64,000 nucleotides of DNA, taken from Alphaproteobacteria bacterium. Lineage in GTDB: Bacteria; Pseudomonadota; Alphaproteobacteria; UBA828. Within the stretch, counting starts at the first letter, position 1. Every line of letters begins with the position of its first letter. Of this stretch, positions 49,631 through 59,996 are shown one piece after another. The translations under genes were made by a program, and so were the position numbers. The notes beneath the pieces were generated by a model. It was not told where the DNA came from, made no database searches, and was given only the letters and a program-made list of their open reading frames with translations. Location of the stretch: positions 1,408,001 through 1,472,000 of the forward strand of contig OZ243972.1 of the NCBI GenBank assembly GCA_965214705.1, written 5' to 3'.

Positions 49631-50875
49631 TCAACGGCTGACGAGAATGGCGCGGAAGTCGTTCACGTTGGTGAGCGTCGGCCCGGTCATCACCAGATCG
49701 CCGATCCCGGCGAAGAAACCGTAGGCGTCGTTGGCAGCGAGCCGCGCGGCGGCATCCTCCCCGGCGGCGCGGGCACGCGCGAGCGTGTCGGGAGTCACCA
49801 GGGCGCCGGCGTTGTCCTCGGTGCCGTCGATCCCGTCGGTATCGCAGGCGGTGGCGAAGACACCGGGCGCACCGTCGAGGGCCGATGCCAGCGCCAGCGC
49901 GTACTCGGCGTTGGGGCCGCCGCGGCCTGCGCCGGTCACGGTCACCGTGGCCTCGCCGCCGGAGAGCAGCACCGTGCCTGGGGCCGCATCGCGGGCAAGC
50001 TGGGCGTGCTCGCTTGCCATTGCGCGCGCCTCGCCCTCCAGCGCATCGCCCAGGATCACGGGCTCGTAGCCGGCCTCGCGCGCTTCCTCGGCGGCGGCGG
50101 CAAGCGCCATCGCCGGCGTCGCCACGATCCGGGTCTCGGCGCCTGCCAGCCGGGGGTCGCCTTCCTTCGGCGTCTCGTCTGCACCGCGCTCCAGGTGCCG
50201 GATCACGGCGGCGGGTTCCGCGATCCCGTACTTCTGCAGCACGGCGAGCGCGTCCGCGAAGGTGGTGGGGTCGGGCACGGTCGGGCCCGAGCCGATCACG
50301 GCGGGATCGTCGCCCGGCACGTCGGAGATCAGGAGGCTCACGACCCGCGCGGGATGGTAGGCTGCGCCCAGGCGCCCGCCCTTGATGGCGGAGAGATGCT
50401 TGCGCACGCAGTTGATCTCGCCGATGGCCGCGCCCGAGCGCAGCAGCGCCCCGGTCATCGCCTGCTTGTCGGCGAGCGCGACCCCCGGCGCCGGCAGGGT
50501 GAGCAGCGCCGAGCCGCCGCCGGAGATCAGGCAGAGCGCGAGATCGTCCGCGCCCAGGCCCTCGGCCAGGGCGAGGATGCGGGCCGCGGCCTCGCGCCCG
50601 CCCGCGTCCGGCACCGGGTGCGCCGCCTCCACCACCTCGATCTTTGCCGTCGGCACGCGATGGCCGTAGCGCGTGACGACGAGGCCCTCCAGCGGGCCAT
50701 CCCAATGGTCTTCCACGGCCCGCGCCATGGTCGCGGCGGCCTTGCCGGCACCGATGACCACGGTGCGGCCGGCGGGCGGCTCAGGCAGGTGCGGAGGCAC
50801 GCACTGGGCCGGCTGGGCGCTCGCTAGCGCCGCATCCAGCAGGCGCCGAAGCACGAGCCTCGGGTCGTCGCTCAT
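49631..50875 (-). CDS. glycerate 2-kinase (TtuD/MOFRL family)
   Basis: GAGKAA, ISGGGSAL, RKHLSAIKGG, DTDGIDG, TGPTLTNVNDFR. Confidence 0.93.
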   Translation of the reverse strand: MSDDPRLVLRRLLDAALASAQPAQCVPPHLPEPPAGRTVVIGAGKAAATMARAVEDHWDGPLEGLVVTRYGHRVPTAKIEVVEAAHPVPDAGGREAAARILALAEGLGADDLALCLISGGGSALLTLPAPGVALADKQAMTGALLRSGAAIGEINCVRKHLSAIKGGRLGAAYHPARVVSLLISDVPGDDPAVIGSGPTVPDPTTFADALAVLQKYGIAEPAAVIRHLERGADETPKEGDPRLAGAETRIVATPAMALAAAAEEAREAGYEPVILGDALEGEARAMASEHAQLARDAAPGTVLLSGGEATVTVTGAGRGGPNAEYALALASALDGAPGVFATACDTDGIDGTEDNAGALVTPDTLARARAAGEDAAARLAANDAYGFFAGIGDLVMTGPTLTNVNDFRAILVSR

Positions 50876-51004
50876 GCCTCACCATGCCAGAGCCGCCGGC
50901 AAGCGTCATCCGCCGCCCGGCAAGCGCTGCACGGCGCGACGCGCTACCATGCCGGCGCACGTCGCCCGGCAACGGCATGGTTCGGGTGATACGGGAGCCC
51001 GCCC

Positions 51005-51883
51005 ATGACCCCTGCCCGCCGCGGCCTGCTCCTCGGCGCGGTCCTCGCGACCATCTCCGGCCTCTGCTTCAGCACCGGCGGATTCTTCGTCCGCTCGGTG
51101 TCAGTCGATCCCTGGGAGATCATCTCGGTCCGCTGCTTCTTCGCCGGGCTCGGCGTGCTCCTGATCCTCTTCGTGACCGAGCGGGGGCGGGTGTGGCCGG
51201 TGCTGCGCGCCTCGGGCTGGCCGGTGGTCGCGGTGGGCGTTGCCACCGCCTGGGGGATCATCGCCTACGTGCTCTCGATGCAGTACACGCTCGTCGCCAA
51301 CGTGATCGCGATCATGACGACGTCGACCGTCATGGTGGCCCTGCTGGCGAAGCCGGTGCTGGGCGAGCCGGTGGCACTCAGGACCTGGCTCGCGCTGCTG
51401 GGCAGCCTCTGCGGCGTCGGTGTCATGTTCTGGAGCGACGTGGGCAGCGGCGGCATCATCGGCAACCTGCTGGCGCTCTCCATCGCCGCCGCCATCGCGC
51501 TCCAGACCCTGATCGCGCGGCGCTTCCGCACCGGGCGGATGGAGCCGGCGGTGCTGATGGCGGCGGTGATCGCCGGCCTCGCCTCGCTGCCGCTGGCGCT
51601 GCCGTTCGAAGCGACGGCGCGGGAAGTGGGGTTCATGGCCGCGCTCGGCCTGGTGCAGCTCGCCTCGGCGCTCACCCTGTATTTCTACGCCGCGCGCTAC
51701 CTGCCCGCGCCGATCCTGATCTTCGTCGTGCTGATCGACGCGGTCTTCGCGCCGATCTGGGTCTGGCTCGGTTTCGGCGAGGTGCCCGGCACGCTGGTCT
51801 TCATCGGTGCCGTGGTGATCCTGGCCTCGGTGGCGGGCAACGCGCTCTTCGGGGTGTTCACCGCGCGCCGGGACCCGGACTAA
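51005..51883 (+). CDS. DMT/EamA family transporter
   Basis: About 10 TM segments in two repeats; LGEP and FGEVPG. Confidence 0.85.
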   Translation: MTPARRGLLLGAVLATISGLCFSTGGFFVRSVSVDPWEIISVRCFFAGLGVLLILFVTERGRVWPVLRASGWPVVAVGVATAWGIIAYVLSMQYTLVANVIAIMTTSTVMVALLAKPVLGEPVALRTWLALLGSLCGVGVMFWSDVGSGGIIGNLLALSIAAAIALQTLIARRFRTGRMEPAVLMAAVIAGLASLPLALPFEATAREVGFMAALGLVQLASALTLYFYAARYLPAPILIFVVLIDAVFAPIWVWLGFGEVPGTLVFIGAVVILASVAGNALFGVFTARRDPD

Positions 51884-52752
51884 CCAGCGCGGCGTCCGTG
51901 CGTGATGGTGCCGAAGGTCACGCCCCTGAGCAGCTGATTCTGCAGCACGAACGTCACCACCACCACCGGGATCAGGAACAGCGTCTCGATCGCGGCCAGC
52001 CGGCCCCAGTCCACGCCGATGCCGCTGCCGAGGCTCCCCCCTATGCCCACCGGTACGGTCCGCGTCTCTGGCCCTGTGAGCAGCAACGCCATCAGGAACT
52101 CGTTCCAGGTAAGGATCAGGCCGAGCGTCGCGGTCGCGGCGATGCCGGCCTTTACCTGCGGCAGGCAGACGCGGAAGAAGACCCGCCACTCCGAGCTTCC
52201 TTCGGTGCGTGCGGCGTCTTCCACCGCGCGCGGCAGGTCGTCGAAGAAGCTCTTCATCATCCAGATGGCGAACGGCAGGTTGAAGGCGGTGTAGAGCAGG
52301 ATGATGCCGAGGTAGCTGCCGGCCAGCCCGGTCATGCGGAAGATCACGAAGAGCGGGATGATGAGGACGATGGGCGGCAGCATTCGCGTGGTCAGGATGA
52401 CGAGCAGATAGGTGTCGTTGCCGCGTAGGGGCCAGCGCGAGAAGCCGTAGGCCGCGCCGGCGCCGAGGATCAGCGCAAGCCCCACGCTCGCGCCCGAGAT
52501 CACGATGCTGTTGACGAAGTAGAGCTCGAACCCCGTCTCGACCAGCGCGCCGCCCTCGTAGTGCACGCGGGCGAAGATGTTGGCGAAGTTGTCGAGGGTC
52601 GGCGTGAAGGCCAGCGTCGAGGTGAGGATATCGCGCGGGCTCTTGAACGCCGTCAGCACGATCCAAAGCACCGGCAGAAAGTAGACGAAGCCCACGACCG
52701 CGCAGAGCGCGGTGCGCCCCCAACCGGCTCTATCGATTGCGCGCCGCCTCAT
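51880..52752 (-). CDS. carbohydrate ABC permease (no partner genes adjacent)
   Basis: EDAARTEG, TWNEFLMA, RGVTFG; ATG 52752 overlaps the glycosylase stop. Confidence 0.88.
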   Translation of the reverse strand: MRRRAIDRAGWGRTALCAVVGFVYFLPVLWIVLTAFKSPRDILTSTLAFTPTLDNFANIFARVHYEGGALVETGFELYFVNSIVISGASVGLALILGAGAAYGFSRWPLRGNDTYLLVILTTRMLPPIVLIIPLFVIFRMTGLAGSYLGIILLYTAFNLPFAIWMMKSFFDDLPRAVEDAARTEGSSEWRVFFRVCLPQVKAGIAATATLGLILTWNEFLMALLLTGPETRTVPVGIGGSLGSGIGVDWGRLAAIETLFLIPVVVVTFVLQNQLLRGVTFGTITHGRRAG

Positions 52753-53291
52753 CCTCTTGCCGCCTCGCGTGCTCCGCATGCGGCGTCCGCCACTCTGCGC
52801 CAGAACGTCTCATCCCACCAGCGCCGCGCGGCGCCCGAGGTGGAGGGCAGCACGTGGATCGCGGTGTTACCGATGCGTTGCGGTTGCTCGCCGTAGTCGA
52901 AGGTCTCGGCACCGAGGAAGACGCGCGCCGCCCGCTTGCCGTTGAAGGCCAGGATGGCAGGCCGGTGTTGCGCAATCTTCGCCGCAAGCGCCGCCGCGTC
53001 GTCGGCCTCGCGGGAGAGATCGGTGTCCGCGCCCGATTCCGTCTTGCAGAGGTCGGTCAAGCCAACGCCGTAGCGCAGCACGGTGCGGAAGTCGGCCGGC
53101 GCGAGCAGGCGGGGCGTCAGCCCCACGCGGTGGAGCGTTGGCCAGAAGCGGTTGCCGGGGCCGGCATAGTAGGCGCCGACGCGGGCCGAGACCGCCCCTG
53201 CCGCGGAGCCGCAGAAGACGACTCGCAAGCCGGGGCCCAACACGTCGGGCAGAACATCCGGTGGGGTCGGGGCAGCCATGGGCCTGGCCAT
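52749..53291 (-). CDS. mug: mismatch-specific (G/U) DNA glycosylase
   Basis: LRVVFCG, YAGPGNRFW, GLTDL, AFNGK, LPSTSG. Confidence 0.88.
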   Translation of the reverse strand: MARPMAAPTPPDVLPDVLGPGLRVVFCGSAAGAVSARVGAYYAGPGNRFWPTLHRVGLTPRLLAPADFRTVLRYGVGLTDLCKTESGADTDLSREADDAAALAAKIAQHRPAILAFNGKRAARVFLGAETFDYGEQPQRIGNTAIHVLPSTSGAARRWWDETFWRRVADAACGAREAARG

Positions 53292-53363
53292 ACCTCCTCT
53301 TGCGCTCGCCAGCGCGCTCTATCATAGACAGCTTGCGTTAGACGACAGCGACGGAGCGGCACG

Positions 53364-54623
53364 GTGCGGAACTTCAAGGTGGATGGCGATCGCCTGTGGG
53401 CGAGCCTCATGGAGATGGCGAAGATCGGCGCGACGGAGAAGGGCGGCGTCTGCCGCCTTGCGCTCACCGATGTGGACAAGGCGGCGCGCGACCTCTTCGT
53501 CCAGTGGTGCGAGGACGCCGGGTGCACCGTCAGCGTCGACAAGATGGGCAACATCTTTGCCCGCCGGGCGGGCAAGGACGACTCGCTCCCGCCGGTGATG
53601 ACCGGCAGCCATATCGACAGCCAGCCCACGGGCGGCAAGTTCGACGGCATCTACGGCGTGCTCGCGGGCCTCGAAGTGATCCGCAGCCTCAACGACCTCG
53701 GCTACGAGACCGACGCACCCATCGAGGTCTCGGCCTGGACCAACGAGGAGGGCTCGCGCTTCGCGCCCGCGATGGTGGCCTCCGGCGTCTTCGGCGGCGT
53801 CTTCACGCTGGAGGAAGGCCTCGCCTGCGCCGATGTCGACGGCAAGACCATCGGCGAGGAGCTGGAGCGCATCGGCTACGCCGGGGAGATGGAATGCGGC
53901 GGGCGCGAGGTCGGCGCCTTCTTCGAAGCCCACATCGAGCAGGGGCCGATCCTCGAAGCGGAGGAGAAGACCATCGGCATCGTGCAGGGGGTGCAGGGCA
54001 TCAGCTGGTTCGACGTGACCGTGACTGGTATGGAATCCCACGCCGGCACCACGCCGATGGAGCGCCGCAAGGACTCGATGGTGGGCGCCGCGAAGCTGGT
54101 CGCGGCGATCGATCAGCTCGCGCTGGACAACGCGCCCGACGCCCGTTCCACCATCGGCGTGATGCGGGTGAGCCCCAACTCCCGCAACGTGATTCCCGGC
54201 TCGGTCTACTTCTCGGTGGACCTGCGCCACCCCGACCCCGACACGCTGGCGGCGATGACCGCCGAGGCCCGGCGCCAGGCCGAGGTGCTTGCCGCCGAGC
54301 GCGGGCTAGAAATCACCTTCGAGGAGATCTGGCACTCGCCGCCCATCAAGTTCGCCGCCGATTGCGTCGGCGCCGTGCAGAACGCAGCGGAAGCCCTCGG
54401 CTATGCCAGCCAGCCGATCACCTCTGGCGCCGGCCACGACGCGGTCTACGTCTCGCGCGTCGCCCCCACCGGCATGATCTTCATCCCCTGCGAGGACGGG
54501 ATCAGCCACAACGAGATCGAGGCCGCGACCCAGTCCGACATCGCTGCTGGCTGCGACGTGCTGCTCAATGCGATGGTCGCGCTCGCCACCCGCGACGAGG
54601 ACGAGCCACGCGCGGACGCGTGA
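53364..54623 (+). CDS. M20 Zn-dependent N-carbamoyl-amino-acid amidohydrolase
   Basis: GSHIDSQ, GKFDG, NEEGSRF, EAHIEQGP, HAGTTPM, GAGHDA, ISHNE. Confidence 0.92.
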   Translation: MRNFKVDGDRLWASLMEMAKIGATEKGGVCRLALTDVDKAARDLFVQWCEDAGCTVSVDKMGNIFARRAGKDDSLPPVMTGSHIDSQPTGGKFDGIYGVLAGLEVIRSLNDLGYETDAPIEVSAWTNEEGSRFAPAMVASGVFGGVFTLEEGLACADVDGKTIGEELERIGYAGEMECGGREVGAFFEAHIEQGPILEAEEKTIGIVQGVQGISWFDVTVTGMESHAGTTPMERRKDSMVGAAKLVAAIDQLALDNAPDARSTIGVMRVSPNSRNVIPGSVYFSVDLRHPDPDTLAAMTAEARRQAEVLAAERGLEITFEEIWHSPPIKFAADCVGAVQNAAEALGYASQPITSGAGHDAVYVSRVAPTGMIFIPCEDGISHNEIEAATQSDIAAGCDVLLNAMVALATRDEDEPRADA

Positions 54624-54632
54624 TCCCGCTCT

Positions 54633-55670
54633 CTATCCGGCAACCTCGCGGCGGACGATGGCGGCGCCCTCCACCATCGCCTTGAGCTTGCCGAACGCCG
54701 TCTCCCGCGTGAGGTACTTCATGCCGCAGTCGGGCGCGGCGACGAGACGATCCGCCGACACCACCTTGAGCGCCTCGCGCAGCCGGGCCGCCACGGTCTC
54801 CGGTCGCTCGATGGCCGGATCGTTCATGTCGATCACGCCGTAGAGGATTTCCTTCGACGGCAGGTGGGCGAGGATCGCCGGATCGAGGCCCGGTTGGGCC
54901 GCCTCTATCGAAATCTGATCGACCTCTGCCGCCTCCAGCTCCGGCAGGAAGGAATAGCCGGTGGGCTTTTGCGTCTTTATCACGGCCGCGTAGCCGAAGC
55001 AGAGGTGCAGCGCGGTCTTGCCCGTGACGCCCTCCAGCGCCCGGTTGATCGCCTTCACCGCGTAGCCGCGCGCGGCCTCGGGCCGGGCCTGCACATAGGG
55101 CTCGTCGAGCTGCACGATGTCGGCGCCGGCGGCGAAGAGGTCCTTGATCTCCTCGTTCACAGCCTCGGCGTAGTCCATGGCGAGGCTCTCGTCGTCCGGG
55201 TAGTGGGCGTTCTCCGCCTGCTGGGTCATGGTGAAGGGGCCGGGCAGCGTGATCTTGATCGCGCGCTCCGTGTTGGCGCGCAGGAACTTGACGTCGTCCA
55301 CCTCGATGGGGCGCTCGCGCCGGATCGGCCCTGAGACGAGGGGGACCGGCGCGGGATTGCCGGTGCGATCCATGTGCGTGCCGCTCCGCTCCCTGTCGAT
55401 ACCGCCGAGCGCGGTTGCGACCCGATTGGAGTAGCTCTCGCGCCTGATCTCGCCGTCGCTGATGACATCGACTCCCGCACGCTCCTGATCCCGGATCGCG
55501 GCCAGCGTCGCCGCCTCTTGCGCCTCTTCCAGATGCTCGGGCGGGATGCGCCAGATCTCGTGCGCGCGCACCCTGGGCGGCAGCCGGTTCACCAGGTTGT
55601 CCCGGTCGATAAGCCACTCCGGCTGCGGATAGCTGCCGACGACGGCGGTGGTCAGCACGGTCTCGCTCAT
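54633..55670 (-). CDS. cobalamin-independent methionine synthase, catalytic-domain-only family
   Basis: VGSYPQP, SDGEIRR, PGPFT, QLDEP, HLCFG, APDCG. Confidence 0.9.
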   Translation of the reverse strand: MSETVLTTAVVGSYPQPEWLIDRDNLVNRLPPRVRAHEIWRIPPEHLEEAQEAATLAAIRDQERAGVDVISDGEIRRESYSNRVATALGGIDRERSGTHMDRTGNPAPVPLVSGPIRRERPIEVDDVKFLRANTERAIKITLPGPFTMTQQAENAHYPDDESLAMDYAEAVNEEIKDLFAAGADIVQLDEPYVQARPEAARGYAVKAINRALEGVTGKTALHLCFGYAAVIKTQKPTGYSFLPELEAAEVDQISIEAAQPGLDPAILAHLPSKEILYGVIDMNDPAIERPETVAARLREALKVVSADRLVAAPDCGMKYLTRETAFGKLKAMVEGAAIVRREVAG

Positions 55671-55837
55671 GGCATCCGTCCCGGTCGTTGCTCAAGATCA
55701 GGCCGCCCCGGCGGCCTCGGCCACCACAGCCTACCGCTTGGGCACAGTATTGCCACATTGATCCTCTACCCCGAGGCTTGGGAATCCCGTTAGTCTGGGG
55801 CGGCGCCTGTGCGCGGCACAGCACGGAGTGAGGGGCG

Positions 55838-56668
55838 ATGAAACTCTGCCTGATCCAGATGAACAGCACACCCGACCATGGGGAGAACGTGGCCCGCGCC
55901 GCCGGTTACATCGACCGGGCGGTCGCGGCCCAAAAGCCCGATCTCGTGGTCGTGCCGGAATTCTTCAACCACCCCTACGTCTTCCAGTACCGCGACTACG
56001 CGCACATCGACGAGGCGGAGGGCGAGGACGGCATCGCCATCTCGACCATGCGTGAGAAGGCTCACGAGCACGGCATCCACGTCATCGCCACCATCTTCGA
56101 GTCCGTGTCCGCCGGCGTCTGCTACGACAGCGCCATCGTGACCGATCCCTCGGGCGCGATCCTCGGGCGTTACCGCAAGGCGCATCCGGCGGCAGTGCGC
56201 AGCCTGGAGAAAATCTACTTCCGCTACGGCTCGCACTTCCCCGTGTTCCGCATCGGCGAATGGCGTGTCGGCATAAACATCTGCTACGACACGTTCTTTC
56301 CCGAATCCGCACGCTGCGCCGCGGTCAACGGTGCGGAGCTGATCGTGGTTCCCTTCGCTGCTCCTGCGGTCGCCTGCTGGCGCGAGACCATGCAGACCCG
56401 CGCCTTCGAGAACGGAGTCTACTTCGCGCCCTGCAACAAGGTGGGGCTGGAAGGAGAGTGGACCTTCGGCGGGCGCAGCATGATCGTCGCCCCGGATTCC
56501 GAGGTGCTGGCGGAGGCGGGCGACGACGGCGACGAGACGATATTCGCCACCCTCGACCGCGCCCGCGTCTTCGAGGCCCGGCGTGCCTGGCCCATGTTTC
56601 GGGACCGCCGTCCCGATCTCTACACCTCGATCACGACACCGACGGAAGACATTCCGCGTATCGACTGA
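55838..56668 (+). CDS. carbon-nitrogen hydrolase (nitrilase superfamily)
   Basis: E-K-C triad in VPEFF, YRKAH, ICYD; ends RRPDLY. Confidence 0.92.
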   Translation: MKLCLIQMNSTPDHGENVARAAGYIDRAVAAQKPDLVVVPEFFNHPYVFQYRDYAHIDEAEGEDGIAISTMREKAHEHGIHVIATIFESVSAGVCYDSAIVTDPSGAILGRYRKAHPAAVRSLEKIYFRYGSHFPVFRIGEWRVGINICYDTFFPESARCAAVNGAELIVVPFAAPAVACWRETMQTRAFENGVYFAPCNKVGLEGEWTFGGRSMIVAPDSEVLAEAGDDGDETIFATLDRARVFEARRAWPMFRDRRPDLYTSITTPTEDIPRID

Positions 56669-56685
56669 TCGTCGTGGCTTTGGTA

Positions 56686-58215
56686 ATGAGAACCGGCAAG
56701 CGGCTTCTGGCGAGCGCCGTCCTCGCCTGTGCTCTGGCGTTTACCGCTGCGGTGCAGCCGGCCGCTGCCTCCCTCGACCCGGTGGAGGATGGCGCGCCCG
56801 CGCCCGCCGCGCGCGCCATCCCCGTCGCGCCGGTCGATCCCGGCAGCACCGCCGGGCGCATCGTCCTCGGCGTCGCCGACTGGCTGGAGCAGCGCTTAGG
56901 CTCAGGGTCGGAGGGCGCGCGGCTCGCGCTCGACGCCCCGATGTGGGCGGAGGAACGCGGCGACGCCGTCACCCTCCACCTCCCCGGCGCACGTCTCGTG
57001 GAGCCCTCCGTGCCCCTGGCGCAGTGGGAACTCGGCGACCTCGCCATCGTGGTGACGCCGCAGAGTGAGACCGCCTACGACTTCGAGACCGCCTTGCCGC
57101 CTGCGATCGACAAGGGTCCGGACCGGCTCGCCATCGGCCAAGGCACGGTCTCCGGCACTTGGCGATCGGATCTGGAGATCACGACCCGGCTGGAAGCCAA
57201 CGCCGCCGACATCCGATTCCTGGAAGGCAAGGGCTCTCAAGCGGTGGAGACGGTGTCGCTCGGAACGCTTTCCGTCGCGGACGAGCTGGTCGAGGGCGAT
57301 GACGGGCTGTGGGACGGCCGCTCCACCCTCACTCTTTCTGAGCTCGAGGCCGAGGGGTTCAGCCTGGGCCGGCTCGACGTCGCCGGCAGCTTCGAGGATT
57401 TCGACAGCGATCTGATCCTGCAGATGCGCGGAGACTTCGGCGCGTTCGCAGGCGGTGCGAGCAGCCCGACGGCGCTCGGCGACCTTCTGATGCCTCTCGT
57501 GGAGGGCCGCTGGGGGCGATCGGAGATGACCATCACCCTGCACGATTTGACGGCGACCGGCGACGACGCGGACCTGGGCGGCGGCGAACTCTCGCTCGGT
57601 CGGCTGGAATGGCGCGTCGGCGCCGACGGTCGAGGGGACTTCGCGGACCTCTCCACGCGGATTTCGGCCGCCGACGTGGTGCTCGGCGGGGCCGCCGCCT
57701 CCGAGATCCCGCCTGCGCTCTTGCCCCACGCCGCGACCGTCGATATCGCGCTGAGCCGGTTGCCCTTGCGGAGAATTGCCGACTCCCTCTCCGGACTCGC
57801 GAAGCGGGGAGAGATGGGCGGGCCCGGCGAAGAGTCGATGATGGAGGTCATTCTGGACCACCTGGATGCGGCGGACTCGTCGTTGGAGATTCGGGACATC
57901 CACGTCGTCACGCCCTCGTGCGAGCTCCGTGCCGAGGGCCGGCTCCAGGTCGAGCCGGCGAGCGTCTTCGGCATCATCGGGCGCATGGATGCCCGCGTTC
58001 GGGGGCTGAGCGCGCTCATGGCGCTGGCAGCGGAGGAGGGCGAGGAAGACATGGTGGCCCTGCTGATCGTGCTTCAGGGTCTCGGCAGGCCGGTCTTCGA
58101 CGAGGGCGCCGACGAGCCCTTCTACGCCTACGAGATCGACCTGCGCCGCGACGGGGCCGTCACCGTCAACGGCATTCCCTTCGACATGCTCCTCGGCGAC
58201 CTTTCGCTCCGATGA
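56686..58215 (+). CDS. exported hypothetical protein (beta-rich, DUF2125/YdgA-like)
   Basis: Signal peptide from ATG 56686; ends GAVTVNGIPF. Confidence 0.6.
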   Translation: MRTGKRLLASAVLACALAFTAAVQPAAASLDPVEDGAPAPAARAIPVAPVDPGSTAGRIVLGVADWLEQRLGSGSEGARLALDAPMWAEERGDAVTLHLPGARLVEPSVPLAQWELGDLAIVVTPQSETAYDFETALPPAIDKGPDRLAIGQGTVSGTWRSDLEITTRLEANAADIRFLEGKGSQAVETVSLGTLSVADELVEGDDGLWDGRSTLTLSELEAEGFSLGRLDVAGSFEDFDSDLILQMRGDFGAFAGGASSPTALGDLLMPLVEGRWGRSEMTITLHDLTATGDDADLGGGELSLGRLEWRVGADGRGDFADLSTRISAADVVLGGAAASEIPPALLPHAATVDIALSRLPLRRIADSLSGLAKRGEMGGPGEESMMEVILDHLDAADSSLEIRDIHVVTPSCELRAEGRLQVEPASVFGIIGRMDARVRGLSALMALAAEEGEEDMVALLIVLQGLGRPVFDEGADEPFYAYEIDLRRDGAVTVNGIPFDMLLGDLSLR

Positions 58216-58246
58216 GCAGCCGCCCGGCTCAAGTTAATCGGCAAGG

Positions 58247-58933
58247 ATGACGGAACGCGTGGCACAGCGCCCGCTGACGCTGAGCCGCGAGGCGCTCGCC
58301 TCGGGCGCGATCCGTCGCTTCGTCGAAGCGCATTCGCACATCGAGACACGCAGCCCGGCGGAGCTCGCGGCCTCCCTTCGTTCGGCGCTCGCCGGCCGTG
58401 ATCTCTCCGGCGGCGTCTGGCTCTTCGCCTACGGCTCGCTGATCTGGAACCCGCTCATCGAAGTCGCCGAGAGGCGGCTCGGCACGGCCTACGGCTATCA
58501 CCGGCGCTTCTGCATCTGGTCGGAGCTCGGCCGTGGCAGCCCGGAACGGCCCGGCCTGGTGCTCGCCCTCGACCACGGCGGCGCCTGCCGTGGCGTGCTG
58601 TTACGCGTCGCGCCGGAGCGGGTCGAAAGCGAACTGGACGTAATCTGGCAGCGGGAGATGCTCACCTCGGTCTATCGCGCGCGCTGGCTTCGGGTGCGGA
58701 GCGCGGCGGGCCCCGTCGAGGCGCTCGCCTTCACCGTCAACCGCGCCCATTCGCGCTATGCGGGGCGACTCTCGGAAGAGCGCATTCTAGACGCGATCGC
58801 CGCCGCCGAAGGGCCGATCGGGCGCTGCGCTGATTACCTAATCGAGACCGTAGCCTCCCTGCGCGCCCTTGGCATCTGCGAGGCAGGCCTGGCCGCACTT
58901 AATGATCGGCTGGCAGCGCGCGGGGGCGCATAG
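58247..58933 (+). CDS. ChaC-like gamma-glutamylcyclotransferase
   Basis: WLFAYGSLIW, GSPERPGLVLALD, WQREM, GRCADYL. Confidence 0.9.
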   Translation: MTERVAQRPLTLSREALASGAIRRFVEAHSHIETRSPAELAASLRSALAGRDLSGGVWLFAYGSLIWNPLIEVAERRLGTAYGYHRRFCIWSELGRGSPERPGLVLALDHGGACRGVLLRVAPERVESELDVIWQREMLTSVYRARWLRVRSAAGPVEALAFTVNRAHSRYAGRLSEERILDAIAAAEGPIGRCADYLIETVASLRALGICEAGLAALNDRLAARGGA

Positions 58934-59015
58934 CCGCCGGAAGCGATCCACGCCGCCCCTTGCCAGGGTGCGACGGGAGCGGGATAGTCTTGCGGAAAAG
59001 GCCGGAGGCAACGGC

Positions 59016-59996
59016 ATGAGTGAAGAGTTCGACTGGGAGATCCCGCTCTCGGCGCAGCCGAAACCGGAGCAGGTGTCCTTCGACCTCGACCGCGCGCTTG
59101 GCGCCGTCGTGGGCTTGCGCGCAACCATTCCGGAAGACGCGTTCACAGCCGGGATCCTGGGAACCGAGAGGACCGGCAACGGGGTCCTGATCGGCGCAAG
59201 CGGCCTCGTGCTCACCATCGGCTACCTGGTCGCCGAGGCGGAATCGGTCTGGTTGACGGCGAGCGACGGCAGCGTGCTCGCGGGTCACGCGCTGGGCTAC
59301 GACTTCGAATCGGGGTTCGGTCTGGTGCAGGCGCTCGGCCGCTTCAACGTGCCGGCGCTCGATGTCGGCTCCTCGGCCGCCCTTGAGGTCGGTGATTTCG
59401 TCATCGTGGCTGGCGAAGGCGGCAGGCGGCGCTCGCTGAACGCCCGCGTCACCGCCAAGCGCGAATTCGCGGGCTATTGGGAATACGTGCTGGACGAGGC
59501 CGTCTTCACCGCGCCGCCGCATCCCAATTGGGGCGGGTGCGGGCTGATCGATCGCCACGGCCAGCTCGTCGGCATCGGCTCGCTGCTGGTGCGCCAGGCC
59601 GGCGCTGGCGGGGACGACACGCTCGACGGCAACATGATCGTCCCGATCGACCTGCTGAAGCCGATTCTCGACGACATGCAGACGCTTGGCCGCACTCAGC
59701 GCCCGCCCAGGCCCTGGCTCGGCGCCTACGTCACCGAGGTCGACGAGGCGCTCGTCGTCGCCGGGCTTGCGCCGGAGGGGCCGGCCGAGCAGGCGGAACT
59801 GCAGGTCGGCGATCAGGTGCTCGCGGTCAACCGGCAGCCGGTCGGCAGTCTCGTCGAGCTCTTCCGCAGCGTTTGGGCGGTGGGTGAGGCGGGCGTCGCC
59901 GTGCCGCTCACCGTGATGCGAAACGGCGAGCCCCACGAAGTCCGGGTGCTGAGCGCGACCCGCGACGAGTTCATGAAGGCCCCGCAACTGCACTGA
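59016..59996 (+). CDS. S1C/HtrA-like trypsin+PDZ protein lacking catalytic residues
   Basis: GNGVLI, LTIGYLV, PNWGG, RPWLG, C-terminal PDZ. Confidence 0.85.
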   Translation: MSEEFDWEIPLSAQPKPEQVSFDLDRALGAVVGLRATIPEDAFTAGILGTERTGNGVLIGASGLVLTIGYLVAEAESVWLTASDGSVLAGHALGYDFESGFGLVQALGRFNVPALDVGSSAALEVGDFVIVAGEGGRRRSLNARVTAKREFAGYWEYVLDEAVFTAPPHPNWGGCGLIDRHGQLVGIGSLLVRQAGAGGDDTLDGNMIVPIDLLKPILDDMQTLGRTQRPPRPWLGAYVTEVDEALVVAGLAPEGPAEQAELQVGDQVLAVNRQPVGSLVELFRSVWAVGEAGVAVPLTVMRNGEPHEVRVLSATRDEFMKAPQLH

